A DNA stretch of 64,000 nucleotides from Acidobacteriota bacterium (GTDB lineage Bacteria > Acidobacteriota > UBA6911 > RPQK01 > JADFOI01). The notes beneath the pieces are model-generated. The model had not been told where the DNA came from. It saw nothing but the letters and a program-made list of their open reading frames with translations, and searched no databases. The stretch is from contig OY760074.1 in NCBI GenBank assembly GCA_963663035.1, positions 1,760,001-1,824,000 of the forward strand, given 5' to 3'. Positions 37,210 to 48,629 of the stretch are shown here, piece after piece. The position numbers and the translations under genes were made by a program. How positions within the stretch are numbered: position 1 is the stretch's first letter; each line of letters starts with the position of its first letter.

Positions 37210-38226
37210 TCATCGGTCTCGGAACAGTGGAAACTTGTAAAAGATGGCCGCCTTCTCCATCTTCGGGATCCACCGACGGACCTTCATCATATCTACCATG
37301 AAGCTTCCCAAAATCACGGGCAGCCGCGGATTTGGCGCATGGCAATTCTGACATTCCGGGTAATCGCCAAGATCCCCATCCAGATGTGCCTGCCGCATCC
37401 GCTGCATCTCGTGAGAGTTCCACAACTCAAAAATAGAACTTTCCTGAACGTTTCCAAGGGGTTTTGATTGCCACATGTGGCAGCACGGGAAAAAATCCCC
37501 TTTATAGTTGATGGTGGCCGGGCCTTGCCAAAGCTGGTGACAAGGATGACGGCGGCGCTGGTGGTGTATCCGCTCCTCTAAAGCTACTTCCGGGATCACA
37601 ATTTCATCTTCCTTAATGCGGATCTCATCGACCCCTTTTAGGGACCACATCTGGTGGAAATCGCGCACCTGGTGTTGGTTATCTGGCAAGCGCACCATCT
37701 GCAGCACCACAAAAAGATCCGCTCCCCTTTCCTGCTTGATTTCCAGAAAGCGCAAAATATTGGCCCGAACCTTGTGGAACTTGGCTCCTTTGCGGTATTT
37801 CTCATAGACTTCCGGCGTGGCTCCATCAAAGGCAATAATCAGACTGTCCAGGCCCGAATCAATGAGTGCATGGCTCCTCTTCTCGTTCAAAAAGGTAGCG
37901 TTGGTGGAGACCACCGTGTAAAGATCCGCATCCTTACAGTAGCGCAGCATCTTGTAAATATCAGGGTTCATCAAAGGTTCTCCGGCACCCCAAGGAAAGA
38001 CCAATTCGGTACGATCTCGAATCTCGTCGATAACCTGCCTGAAGAGACTGAAGTCGAAGTCCTCGGGAGGATAGTAACCGAACTCCCGAGGACACATGGG
38101 ACATTCCAGGTTGCACTTGGTAGTATTCTCCACGATGAGCGTCATGGGATAGGCTTGGAGATCACTGAATCCCGTCAGATACCCTGACAGGAGTTTCCAG
38201 CGGTTCTGAATCTGAGAAAACTTCAT
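37210..38226 (-). CDS. radical SAM protein with SPASM/twitch domain
   Basis: ENTTKCNLECPMC, GEP, PCHQLW..PCCHMW..ECQNC. Confidence 0.9.
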   Translation of the reverse strand: MKFSQIQNRWKLLSGYLTGFSDLQAYPMTLIVENTTKCNLECPMCPREFGYYPPEDFDFSLFRQVIDEIRDRTELVFPWGAGEPLMNPDIYKMLRYCKDADLYTVVSTNATFLNEKRSHALIDSGLDSLIIAFDGATPEVYEKYRKGAKFHKVRANILRFLEIKQERGADLFVVLQMVRLPDNQHQVRDFHQMWSLKGVDEIRIKEDEIVIPEVALEERIHHQRRRHPCHQLWQGPATINYKGDFFPCCHMWQSKPLGNVQESSIFELWNSHEMQRMRQAHLDGDLGDYPECQNCHAPNPRLPVILGSFMVDMMKVRRWIPKMEKAAIFYKFPLFRDR

Positions 38227-38265
38227 CGTGACTCCCTGAACTAACTGCCTGGTTAGATATACTAG

Positions 38266-39738
38266 ATGATAATGCTGAACAAGAAACAGTGCTACTGTTC
38301 TTTTCTTTTTCTTTTGGTCCTTTTCGCCCTGACCGACTGCGCCAAAAATCCGGTCACCGGAAAACGTCAGATCGTCTTGATTTCAGAACGTCAGGAGATC
38401 GCCTACGGTCAGGAGGCACATCCGCAGGTGCTGGAGGAATTCGGTCGAGTTGAAAACTCCAATCTTCAAAACTACCTCGACCAGGTGGGTCAAAAGCTGG
38501 CCGGCATCTCCCACCGTCCCGAGCTGGAGTGGTATTTTACCGTCGTGGACGTCCCCGTCGTCAACGCTTTCGCCCTGCCCGGAGGCTATATTTATTTCAC
38601 CCGGGAGATTCTGGCCTACATGAACAACGAAGCGGAGCTCGCCAGCGTCCTGGGACATGAGATTGGACACGTCACGGCTCGACATGCGGTTTCGCAAATC
38701 AGCAAGAGTCAACTCTTCGGAGCGGGATTGGGATTGGGCAGCGTCTTTTCACCGACCTTCGCTCAATTAAGCGATGTCGCCCAGCTTGGGGTGGGACTGC
38801 TCTCCCTCAGATACGGTCGTGATGATGAACGGCAGTCTGATGATCTGGGAGTCCAATACATGAGCACTGCCGGCTACGATCCTCGGGAAATGAGCAAGTT
38901 CTTTGTCGTCTTTCAGCAGATGAGGGAGCAATCCGATCAATCCGTGCCCAGCTGGCTCACCAGTCACCCCGAACCTCCGGATCGGATCAGTGCTACCAGG
39001 CAAGCGGCCCAGTCTATCGTTCGTACCCGGCCCGACAGAAGCTGGAACATCGGCCGGGAGACCTTCCTCAGGCAGATCAGCGGCATCGTGTATGGGGAAA
39101 ATCCAAGGGAGGGATTTGAATCAGATGGATGGTTTTCACAGCCTGACCTGAGATTCAGAATTCGCTTTCCGCAGGGCTGGAAGGTACAAAATAGCAAACG
39201 TGCCGTCGTGTTCGCCCCCGAAAGTGGAGACGCTGCCATTCAGTTGACCCTGGCCGAGGCTCCCCGAGGGACCTCTCCGGAAGAGTACGCTAGAAGCCTG
39301 GCCGAGCAGCCAGGTGTGCAACTTGTGGAAGGGCGCAGGAACAGTATCAATGGTAATTCTGCCTATCTGGGCGTCTACCGGATCCAGGATTCCCAGGGAA
39401 ATCAAATCAACGGGATGGGAGCCTTCATTGTGCATGAGGGAAGGCTCTACGAGATTATGGCCCTGACCCCAAGCCAGAAATTCCAGCAATACTCCGCGAC
39501 CTTCGAAAACAGCCTCACCAGTTTTTCTGAATTAACGGACCGGAGAATCCTGAATGTCCAACCCGATCGACTCGAGCTTCGGTCGGCCCGAGCAGGCCAG
39601 ACCCTGCGTTCGATGGCCGATGATGTGAACAACCCACGGGTGAGTGTGGAGGAGCTGTCCCGACTGAATCGTATCGATGCCTATGAGGAACTCAGGGCGG
39701 GCACATTGGTCAAGGTCATCGTGCCGGGAAGAAGGTAG
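38266..39738 (+). CDS. M48-family metalloprotease lipoprotein (BepA/LoiP-like)
   Basis: CAKNPVTG, NAFALPGG, HEIGH, ERQSD, SHP. Confidence 0.9.
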   Translation: MIMLNKKQCYCSFLFLLVLFALTDCAKNPVTGKRQIVLISERQEIAYGQEAHPQVLEEFGRVENSNLQNYLDQVGQKLAGISHRPELEWYFTVVDVPVVNAFALPGGYIYFTREILAYMNNEAELASVLGHEIGHVTARHAVSQISKSQLFGAGLGLGSVFSPTFAQLSDVAQLGVGLLSLRYGRDDERQSDDLGVQYMSTAGYDPREMSKFFVVFQQMREQSDQSVPSWLTSHPEPPDRISATRQAAQSIVRTRPDRSWNIGRETFLRQISGIVYGENPREGFESDGWFSQPDLRFRIRFPQGWKVQNSKRAVVFAPESGDAAIQLTLAEAPRGTSPEEYARSLAEQPGVQLVEGRRNSINGNSAYLGVYRIQDSQGNQINGMGAFIVHEGRLYEIMALTPSQKFQQYSATFENSLTSFSELTDRRILNVQPDRLELRSARAGQTLRSMADDVNNPRVSVEELSRLNRIDAYEELRAGTLVKVIVPGRR

Positions 39739-39890
39739 GTTCCAGGTTTCAGGTTCCAAGTTCCGGATTTCGAATTTGGGAATTGAGATTTCCGCCGGCC
39801 AAAGGCCGGCGGTGGTTCCAGGGCCCGTGGGCTAAAGCCCACGGCTCTGACTCCTGACTCCTGACTCCTGCCTCCTGTCTCCTTCTTCCT
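39739..39890. repeat. heptamer repeats plus two GC hairpins between convergent genes
   Basis: gttccag/gtttcag units; ccgccggcc-aaa-ggccggcgg; ccgtgggct-aa-agcccacgg; (ctcctga)n. Confidence 0.7.
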
Positions 39891-40603
39891 CAGTTAATCC
39901 AGAAATCGTCCTTTGGCTTCCGTTTCTCACCGTCGTAGACCTTGAATCGTTTCCGCATCCGCTTCAGCTTCCAGCGAAAGTAGACCTGACGCGCTCCCGA
40001 AAGTGAAAGCAAACCTTTCATGTAGAGAAAGGCAAACACCATCCCTCCCAGATGGGCCATGTGAGCAATGGGACCACCAGGCGACCTGAGTGCGGAAAGA
40101 AAGGCCAGACCGCCCACAACCGCCACAAAATATTTCACTTTTACGGGAAAGAGAAAATACAGGTAGATCAGGCGCTCGGGAAACATGAACCCAAAAGCAA
40201 TTAAGATTCCATAAATTGAGCCGCTTGCCCCGATGGTGGGGATTTCAGAGAAGGGCTGAAAGACAATCGAGAACACCCCTGCTCCCATGCCGGTGATCAG
40301 GAAAAATTTTAGAAACTCCTTGCTTCCCCAGTGGCGCTCCAGTTCGCAGCCGAACATCCAGAGCGCAAACATATTCACGAACAGATGCCCAAAGCCCCCG
40401 TGAAGAAAAAGATAGGTAACGATCTGCCACAGAAAGAGTTTGCTGAGAACCAGGTAAGGAGTCAGACCGAAGATCTGGACCATCTCTCTGCCAGCACCCA
40501 GCCCCTGCAGCAGGAAAGTCCCCACACAGGCGATAAGGAGATATTTGACCATGGGAGTCAGTTGCGGGCCAATTCTGATCTGGTGTCGAGGGCTGAAACT
40601 CAT
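39890..40603 (-). CDS. rhomboid-family intramembrane serine protease
   Basis: HLFVNM, GASG, AHLGG. Confidence 0.92.
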   Translation of the reverse strand: MSFSPRHQIRIGPQLTPMVKYLLIACVGTFLLQGLGAGREMVQIFGLTPYLVLSKLFLWQIVTYLFLHGGFGHLFVNMFALWMFGCELERHWGSKEFLKFFLITGMGAGVFSIVFQPFSEIPTIGASGSIYGILIAFGFMFPERLIYLYFLFPVKVKYFVAVVGGLAFLSALRSPGGPIAHMAHLGGMVFAFLYMKGLLSLSGARQVYFRWKLKRMRKRFKVYDGEKRKPKDDFWIN

Positions 40604-40650
40604 TACGCTGATGATAGCATCGCGTGCAAGTTGAGGGAAAGCAGCGAACC

Positions 40651-40748
40651 GCTGACAGCTGACACCTGACACCTGACAGGACTTCTAGGTTCCGAGTTTT
40701 GAATTTAGGATTTGGAATTTTGAATTTCCGCCGGCCTTCGGCCGGCGG
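40651..40748. repeat. heptamer repeats plus GC hairpin (putative ahcY terminator)
   Basis: (ctgacac)n, tttgaat/tttggaa units, ccgccggcc-ttc-ggccggcgg directly after the ahcY stop. Confidence 0.65.
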
Positions 40749-42071
<1,323 letters not shown>

Positions 42072-43253
42072 TCAGACGATGACTGGTTTGGCAGCCATCT
42101 CAGGCAGCTCCGCCTCGCGACGGAGCAGGTCAGCCTTGTCGGTGAGTTCCCAGGTGAAACCTTCCTCTTCTCTCCCAAAGTGACCGTAGGCAGCAGTCTT
42201 CCGAAAAATGGGCTTTCTCAAATCAAGCGAGTCGATGATCCCTTGAGGAGTGAGCTGAAAATGGGATTTGATCAGTTCTGTGATTGTCTCCTCGCTCACC
42301 TGTGCAGTACCAAAGGTATCCACCATCAGGGAGACCGGTTCGGGAATCCCAATAGCATAGGCCAATTGAATTTCCATGCGATCAGCCAGACCCGCAGCCA
42401 CACAGTTCTTGGCGATGTGACGGGCCATGTAAGAGGCCGACCGGTCGACCTTGGATGGGTCCTTGCCTGAAAAGGCTCCGCCGCCATGGCTTCCCACCCC
42501 GCCATAGGTATCGACAATGATTTTGCGTCCTGTCACACCACAATCCCCCTGGGGCCCTCCAATCACAAAGCGGCCAGTGGGATTGATGTGAACCTTGGTG
42601 TTGTTGTCGAGTAATTCTTCGGGAATGACTGGCTTGATCACCTTCTCTAGAATGGTCTCTTCGATCTCATCAGTGCTGACCTGGGGACTGTGCTGGGTGG
42701 CAATCACTACGGCCTCTATCCGGGTAGGCTTTTCCCCATCGTTTTCAACAGTGACCTGTGACTTGCCATCTGGTCGAAGCCAATCAATGATTCCCTCTTT
42801 TCGACACTGTGCCAGCCGCATGACCAATTGATGAGCCAGCATAATGGGCATGGGCATGAGCTGTGCAGTCTCAGAACAGGCATAACCGAACATCAACCCC
42901 TGGTCGCCGGCACCTCCAGTGTCCACTCCCTGAGCGATATCCGAGGACTGACTGTCAATGGAACAGATGATTCCACAGGTTTCGTAGTCGAATCCGAACT
43001 TGGCTCTGGTGTACCCCACATCACGGATAACCTCTCTGGCGACTCGAGCAAAATCCACATAGCCACTAGTGGTGATCTCCCCGGCGATGATCACCAGGCC
43101 TGTCGTCACCAGAGTCTCACAGGCCACCCGTCCTCGCGGCTCCTGTTCCAAGACTGCATCCAGGATAGCATCAGAGATTTGATCGGCAATCTTATCTGGA
43201 TGTCCTTCGGTTACCGACTCCGATGTAAATACGTGTTTACCCTTTCTTGACAT
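42072..43253 (-). CDS. metK: S-adenosylmethionine synthetase
   Basis: [28 protein letters not shown]. Confidence 0.97.
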   Translation of the reverse strand: MSRKGKHVFTSESVTEGHPDKIADQISDAILDAVLEQEPRGRVACETLVTTGLVIIAGEITTSGYVDFARVAREVIRDVGYTRAKFGFDYETCGIICSIDSQSSDIAQGVDTGGAGDQGLMFGYACSETAQLMPMPIMLAHQLVMRLAQCRKEGIIDWLRPDGKSQVTVENDGEKPTRIEAVVIATQHSPQVSTDEIEETILEKVIKPVIPEELLDNNTKVHINPTGRFVIGGPQGDCGVTGRKIIVDTYGGVGSHGGGAFSGKDPSKVDRSASYMARHIAKNCVAAGLADRMEIQLAYAIGIPEPVSLMVDTFGTAQVSEETITELIKSHFQLTPQGIIDSLDLRKPIFRKTAAYGHFGREEEGFTWELTDKADLLRREAELPEMAAKPVIV

Positions 43254-43295
43254 CACTCCTCCCCACGAAAACACTTCTCTGGAAGATGGGTGCAA

Positions 43296-43324
43296 AACCT
43301 AACACAGCCCTACTGACCTGTCAA
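43296..43324 (-). promoter_or_regulatory. sigma70-type promoter of metK
   Basis: TTGACA-17 bp-TAGGTT on the minus strand. Confidence 0.55.
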
Positions 43325-43344
43325 TTTGTGCATTCGTGCTGCGG

Positions 43345-43393
43345 TCTGTCGCCTGTTGACAGCTGTCAGTTGTCAGTTGTCAGTCGTCAGTTG
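43345..43393. repeat. heptamer tandem repeat (tgtcagt)n
   Basis: ctgtcagttgtcagttgtcagtcgtcagttg. Confidence 0.7.
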
Positions 43394-43394
43394 T

Positions 43395-44357
43395 TTACCC
43401 CTTCCAGGCCGCAAACTTCTCCAGCCGCATGTAGCGACCCAGCTCCTTGGGAGCAAGCAGAAGAAGCAGCAGGGCCTTCTGGACGTGAAGCCTATTTTCC
43501 GCCTGTTCAAAGACCAGTGATTGGGGCGAGTCGATCACCGAATCGGTCACTTCCTGGTTGCGATGGGCAGGGAGACAATGCATGAAATAGGCATTTCTCC
43601 CGGTTGATGCCATCAACTCGGGTGTGACCTGATAGCTCTGTAAAACTTCAATCCGATCCCTGGTTTCTTCTTCCTGACCCATACTCACCCAGGTGTCGGT
43701 GTAGACAACATCCGCTCCTTGAAGCCCGTCAAGAGAATCGGTCCAACGATAGGAGGCTGAGGCGGAAATGGAGAGGTTCTCAAAGTCTTGAGCCGCTTGT
43801 GAGTAGGGTTGATGAGAGCTGGGAGTGACCGCTACAAGGGACATCCCAGACAAGGCGGCAGCATGAATGAGGGATGCGCAGACGTTGTTCCCATCCCCAA
43901 TATAGACAAGGGTTTTGGCTTGAATCTCTCCCCACTTCTCCTGCAGCGTAAAAACATCAGCCAGAGCCTGACAGGGATGTTCAGCATCACTGAGCCCATT
44001 GATGACAGGGACCGAGGCATGCTCGGCCAGCTTGACCGCTGCCTCATGGGAAAAGGTTCGCGCGACAATGCAATCAAACCATCGCTCCAGATTTCGGGCC
44101 ATATCAGTGATCGATTCACGGCCACCCAAACGGGACTCCTGATGGTCGAGGTAAACGGCATCACCTCCCAGCTGTTTCATTCCCAACTCGAAGGTGAGAC
44201 GGGTCCGCAGTGAAGACTTCTCAAAGAGCAGGACCGAGCTCTTCCCCACCAGCATCTGGCGAAAATTGGAGGGCCTCTCCTTGATTTCCGAGCTGGCGTG
44301 AAGCAGCTGGTTCCACAGCTCTACTGTGAGATCTTTCAGGGAAAGAAAGTCTTTCAT
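43395..44357 (-). CDS. argF: ornithine carbamoyltransferase
   Basis: SLRTR, HPCQ, DTWVSMG, HCLP. Confidence 0.95.
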   Translation of the reverse strand: MKDFLSLKDLTVELWNQLLHASSEIKERPSNFRQMLVGKSSVLLFEKSSLRTRLTFELGMKQLGGDAVYLDHQESRLGGRESITDMARNLERWFDCIVARTFSHEAAVKLAEHASVPVINGLSDAEHPCQALADVFTLQEKWGEIQAKTLVYIGDGNNVCASLIHAAALSGMSLVAVTPSSHQPYSQAAQDFENLSISASASYRWTDSLDGLQGADVVYTDTWVSMGQEEETRDRIEVLQSYQVTPELMASTGRNAYFMHCLPAHRNQEVTDSVIDSPQSLVFEQAENRLHVQKALLLLLLAPKELGRYMRLEKFAAWKG

Positions 44358-45748
44358 GAGAGATCTCCGATCCGTTCCCTCCAATGGACGATCTGCTGCT
44401 CAATGGACACCAGTCCCGAACTCCCTTTGTGCCAGCGGCGTCTCAAGAAGCTATCCAGCTTGAGGACCTCGCTGACTTCAGGGCCACATTCGGGAGCCAG
44501 CTCCTGAAGCTTCTTCAGAGGCAATTGCTCCAGTGTCAGCCCTTCATCCAGACAGTATGCCACCAGCTTTCCCACCGTCTCATGGGCTACCCGAAAGGGA
44601 GTGCCTCGAGTCACCAGATACTCGGCCAGATCGGTGGCCATGAGAAAGCCCTGTTTCATGGCCGTCTGGACTTTCTCCTGCTTGACCCGAAAGCCCGAAA
44701 CAACCAAGGGAATCACCTCCAGAGTCCCGCTAACGGCATCGATTGTGCCAAAGAGGTGTTCCTTGTCCTGCTGGAGGTCGCGATGATAGGACGTGGGCAG
44801 ACCCTTGATCAGGCAAGCCACCGCAGTAGCGTGACCCAATACTGAGGCGGTTTTACCGCGAGCAAGTTCCAGGACATCCAGATTCTTTTTTTGCGGCATC
44901 ATACTGCTTCCCGTGCAAAGCGAATCTGGCAGCTCAATCCAACTGACCGCGGTACTGGAGAAATAAAGAAAATCCTCAGCCAGACGACTGAAATGCAGCA
45001 TCAGCTGGCAGGCAATTTGAAGGAGTTCGAGAAGAAAGTCCCGATCCCCCACCACGTCATAACTGTTGGCAAAGCTAGCAGAAAAACCGAGTTCCTGAGC
45101 ACTTCGTTCCGGGTCCAGAGGAAGAGTACTCCCGGCCAATGCTCCTGCACCCAAAGGACTGGTCGAGTGGAGCTGCTGATAAAAGGCCAAACGACGATCA
45201 TCCCGCCCCAGCATCTCACCAAAAGCCAGCAAGTAGTGTCCCCAGGAAAGAGGCTGTGCGGCCTGCAAATGAGTCCACCCTGGGAAGAGGTTGCTTTTGA
45301 GTTCCTGAGCTCGCTCCAGCAGTGCTTTTTGAATCTCGAGAATCTGAGCCCGCCAGCCTATCGCCGTCTTCAGACAAAGCAACTTCAGGTCCAAAGCCAC
45401 TTGATCATTCCGGCTTCTGCCGGTATGAATTCGACCTCCTGCTTCGCCCACAATCTCCTGTAGGCGAGATTCAATATTCATATGGATGTCCTCCAGTTCA
45501 TCTCGATAGGGAAACTGACCCGATTCGATTTCCTCCTCGATCTGCCCAAGGGCCTTGAGGATTTGCTCTTCATCCTGGGAGGTGACGAGCCCCTGGGCCG
45601 CCAGCATCCGCACATGAGCTCGACTGCCTTGAATGTCTTCAGGAGCTAGCCGGCTGTCCACATGCACGGAACGAGTGTATTCCTGGACGATGGGATCCAA
45701 CTCGGATTTGAATCGGCCCGCCCAAGGTTTCTTCTTCTTCTCATTCAT
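44354..45748 (-). CDS. argH: argininosuccinate lyase
   Basis: EDIH, GRSRNDQ, GSSMMPQKKN. Confidence 0.96.
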   Translation of the reverse strand: MNEKKKKPWAGRFKSELDPIVQEYTRSVHVDSRLAPEDIQGSRAHVRMLAAQGLVTSQDEEQILKALGQIEEEIESGQFPYRDELEDIHMNIESRLQEIVGEAGGRIHTGRSRNDQVALDLKLLCLKTAIGWRAQILEIQKALLERAQELKSNLFPGWTHLQAAQPLSWGHYLLAFGEMLGRDDRRLAFYQQLHSTSPLGAGALAGSTLPLDPERSAQELGFSASFANSYDVVGDRDFLLELLQIACQLMLHFSRLAEDFLYFSSTAVSWIELPDSLCTGSSMMPQKKNLDVLELARGKTASVLGHATAVACLIKGLPTSYHRDLQQDKEHLFGTIDAVSGTLEVIPLVVSGFRVKQEKVQTAMKQGFLMATDLAEYLVTRGTPFRVAHETVGKLVAYCLDEGLTLEQLPLKKLQELAPECGPEVSEVLKLDSFLRRRWHKGSSGLVSIEQQIVHWRERIGDLS

Positions 45749-46959
45749 TTCTGCGATTCCGGCTGGCGACGCCTCTCCGCAAGCGAGGCGATCTTCAAGC
45801 GCAGCCCCTGGAGTCGAATAAAACCTTGCGCATCAGCCTGCGTATAGACCTGGTCTGCCTCAAAGGTAGCGTAAGAGGGATCGTAGAGATTCAAGGGTGA
45901 ACTTCGACCCTGTACCACGCAGTTTCCCTTATAGAGCTGCATTTTGACTTTACCCGTGACACGGGCCTGGGAGCTCTTGATCAGCTGCAAGAGGAGCTGC
46001 ATCTCGGGAGCAAACCAAAATCCATAGTAGATCAACTCGGCCATACGGGGAGCCAGTTCATCCTTCAAGTGTTGCACTTCACGATCCAGCGTCAAGGACT
46101 CGAGAGCACGATGTGCCTTGTACAGCACGGTCATGCCTGGAGTTTCATAAACACCACGCGACTTCATACCCACCATCCGATTTTCCACCAGGTCTACACG
46201 ACCCACGCCGTTGCTACCAGCCAGGCGATTCAACTCCTCCAGAAGCCCCACCGGCCCCAACTCCTCGTTGTCCACTCTCACCGGAACGCCCGCCTCAAAA
46301 TCGATGACGACTTCGGTAGGGGAATCAGGGGCTTGCTGTGGCGCTACGCTTCGCAAGAAGAGTTCTTCCGGGGGAGGCTGCCAGGGATCCTCCAAGATAC
46401 CCCCTTCGTAAGAAGTGTGCATAATATTCTGGTCGATACTATAAGGCTTCTCTTGGGTTGAGGTAACAGGAATCCCATTGGACTCGGCATAGCGAATCAG
46501 GTCACTGCGCCCGCTAAACTCCCAGCTTCTCCAAGGGGCAAGAATCTTCACTTCCGGAGCCAGCGCCTGGTAGGTCAATTCAAAACGAATCTGATCATTT
46601 CCCTTGCCCGTCGAACCATGAGCAACGGCGTCAGCACCCCAATCCGCGGCCACTTGCACCTGTTGACGGGCAATCAGGGGCCGCGCCAGGGAGGTTCCCA
46701 AGAGATATTCTCCCTCGTAAAGCGCGTGTGCCTGCATAGCCGGAAAAACGAACTCCTGGACAAACTCCTCTTGCAGGTCGGAAACCACCACCTTCTCGGC
46801 ACCCGTTTCATAGGCCTTCTTTTCAACGGCTTGCAGATCCTCACCCTGGCCCACATCCGCCACAAAGGCCAGGATTGGACACCCATATTTTTCCTTCAGC
46901 CAATGCAGCATGATGGAAGTGTCCAGTCCACCCGAATAGGCCAGAACAATTTTCTTCAC
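45745..46959 (-). CDS. argG: argininosuccinate synthase
   Basis: AYSGGLDTS, TGKGNDQ, KSRGVYETP; start 46959 (GTGA overlap) or 46980. Confidence 0.96.
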   Translation of the reverse strand: MKKIVLAYSGGLDTSIMLHWLKEKYGCPILAFVADVGQGEDLQAVEKKAYETGAEKVVVSDLQEEFVQEFVFPAMQAHALYEGEYLLGTSLARPLIARQQVQVAADWGADAVAHGSTGKGNDQIRFELTYQALAPEVKILAPWRSWEFSGRSDLIRYAESNGIPVTSTQEKPYSIDQNIMHTSYEGGILEDPWQPPPEELFLRSVAPQQAPDSPTEVVIDFEAGVPVRVDNEELGPVGLLEELNRLAGSNGVGRVDLVENRMVGMKSRGVYETPGMTVLYKAHRALESLTLDREVQHLKDELAPRMAELIYYGFWFAPEMQLLLQLIKSSQARVTGKVKMQLYKGNCVVQGRSSPLNLYDPSYATFEADQVYTQADAQGFIRLQGLRLKIASLAERRRQPESQK

Positions 46960-47387
46960 TTCGCCTGAACTCCTTTCCATAAATCCTTTCTCACTTTGCG
47001 GGCATCGTGCCCTTCCGCCACCACAACCAGGAGGGTGTCCTCGCCAGCCACTGTCCCCAGAACCCCGGACAGACGGAGGGCATCAATCCTGTAAGCCACA
47101 ATAGCTGCCGTACCAGCCTCCGTGTGCAAGACGAGTAGGTTTCCGCTGACCTCACAGCTGAAGATCTGAAAGCCCGCCCATTCGTTGAGAATCGCATATT
47201 TGTATTCACCCTCTTCACTGGTTGTCTTCACCACATTCAGGTCTTTCAGGTCACGGGACAGAGTCGCCTGTGTCACCTCAAATCCAAGTTTTCCCAGCCT
47301 TTTTCGCAGGTTTTCCTGACTGGAAATATTGACTCGACCCACTAGATCGAGAATCGATTGTTGGCGTTGCTCCTTTTCTCTATACAC
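46956..47387 (-). CDS. argR: arginine repressor
   Basis: TQATLSRDL, GTVAGEDT. Confidence 0.95.
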   Translation of the reverse strand: MYREKEQRQQSILDLVGRVNISSQENLRKRLGKLGFEVTQATLSRDLKDLNVVKTTSEEGEYKYAILNEWAGFQIFSCEVSGNLLVLHTEAGTAAIVAYRIDALRLSGVLGTVAGEDTLLVVVAEGHDARKVRKDLWKGVQAK

Positions 47388-47391
47388 AAAC

Positions 47392-47425
47392 TATGTATAT
47401 TTATACATTCAGGCCTCAATGTCAA
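47392..47425 (-). promoter_or_regulatory. ARG box overlapping the argR promoter
   Basis: aaTGTATAAATATACAta matches the ARG-box pattern; TTGACA at 47420-47425. Confidence 0.75.
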
Positions 47426-47430
47426 GGGGG

Positions 47431-47512
47431 AAATATGGGGACAAATATGGGGACAGACTACCCGTTCACCTCATTTCAAAATGAGGTGAACGGGTAGTCT
47501 GTCCCCATATTT
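47431..47512. repeat. 34-bp perfect inverted repeat (47443-47476 / 47479-47512) with a duplicated 12-bp left end
   Basis: aaatatggggacagactacccgttcacctcattt-ca-aaatgaggtgaacgggtagtctgtccccatattt. Confidence 0.9.
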
Positions 47513-47530
47513 CTCGGAGCGCGCTCACCG

Positions 47531-48610
47531 TTAAGCGATTCTGCGATAGGTCTGATAGAGGGTGTCTCTTTGGGCTGGTATGAAACCCGCTTCCTGGATA
47601 ACGCCGATGAGGTCGTCTCGATTGGCGGAGAAGTGAGCACCTGCCGTACTCATGACATTTTCTTCAATCATGATACTGCCCACGTCATTGGCACCAAAGT
47701 GGAGTGCTATCTGGGCAACCTTCAAACCCTGGGTGAGCCAGGAAACCTGGATATTTTGGAAGTTATCCAGGTAGATACGGCTGAGAGCCAGGAGCATGAG
47801 GTATTCCACCGAGCCCACCTGTTTGGAGGTAGAGGCCTGCAAAGGAGTCCCTTCCAGCTGGACGTTCCAGGGAATGAAGGCCACAAATCCACCTGTCTCA
47901 TCCTGCAGTCTGCGAAGACTTTCCAGATGTTCGACGCGTTCTTCCAGCGTCTCCCCTGCGCCGATCATCATGGTGGCCGTGGTGAGAAGACCTTCTTCGT
48001 GAGCGATACGCATGACCTCCAGCCACTCCTTGGCACTGCACTTCCCGGGACTGATTTCCTTGCGCATTCGCTGGACCAGAATTTCGGCGCCGCCTCCCGG
48101 GATAGAAACCAAACCAGCTTTCTTCAGGCGGCATATCGCCTCCCGGATGTCGATCTTACTCAAACGGGCCAGGACCACAACTTCAGGCGGTGAGAAGCAG
48201 TGCAGATGAATGGAGTAGCGCTCTCGGATGGAACTGAGCAGATCTTCATAGTAGTCAATTTTCAGTTCCGGGTGCATTCCTCCCTGCATCAGGATTCCGG
48301 TCCCACCCAGGGCAATGGTCTCTTCGATCTTCTTGAAAATGGTCTCCAAGGGGAGGACGTACCCTCCCTCTTCTCCTGGTTTCCGATAAAAGTTGCAGAA
48401 GCTGCAGCGCGCCACACAGACATTCGTGTAGCTGATATTCCGATCGATCAAGAAAGAGACAACGCCATCGGGACTTTTCTGACGGCGCACGAAGTCGGCA
48501 GCCTCTCCTACCTTGTGAAGCTCCCCGGATCGGAGAAGGGCCAATCCTTCCTCGGAGTCAATCCGCTCCTCACGGTGAACTTTCTGCAGAATTTTCTCGA
48601 CTGACGGCAT
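47531..48610 (-). CDS. mqnC: cyclic dehypoxanthinyl futalosine synthase (radical SAM)
   Basis: IDRNISYTNVCVARCSFC, QGGMHP, PGGGAEIL, GANDVGSIMIEENV. Confidence 0.9.
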   Translation of the reverse strand: MPSVEKILQKVHREERIDSEEGLALLRSGELHKVGEAADFVRRQKSPDGVVSFLIDRNISYTNVCVARCSFCNFYRKPGEEGGYVLPLETIFKKIEETIALGGTGILMQGGMHPELKIDYYEDLLSSIRERYSIHLHCFSPPEVVVLARLSKIDIREAICRLKKAGLVSIPGGGAEILVQRMRKEISPGKCSAKEWLEVMRIAHEEGLLTTATMMIGAGETLEERVEHLESLRRLQDETGGFVAFIPWNVQLEGTPLQASTSKQVGSVEYLMLLALSRIYLDNFQNIQVSWLTQGLKVAQIALHFGANDVGSIMIEENVMSTAGAHFSANRDDLIGVIQEAGFIPAQRDTLYQTYRRIA

Positions 48611-48629
48611 GGCAGCTATTCTAGCTAGA

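Noticed and set aside
23752-38226. RiPP (SPASM peptide maturase) cluster
   Set aside because: No precursor peptide, RRE/PqqD domain or peptide exporter seen; the neighbours are glycosyltransferases
43254-43395. SAM riboswitch upstream of metK
   Set aside because: The predicted promoter leaves a leader of only ~35-40 nt and no SAM-I core motifs are visible
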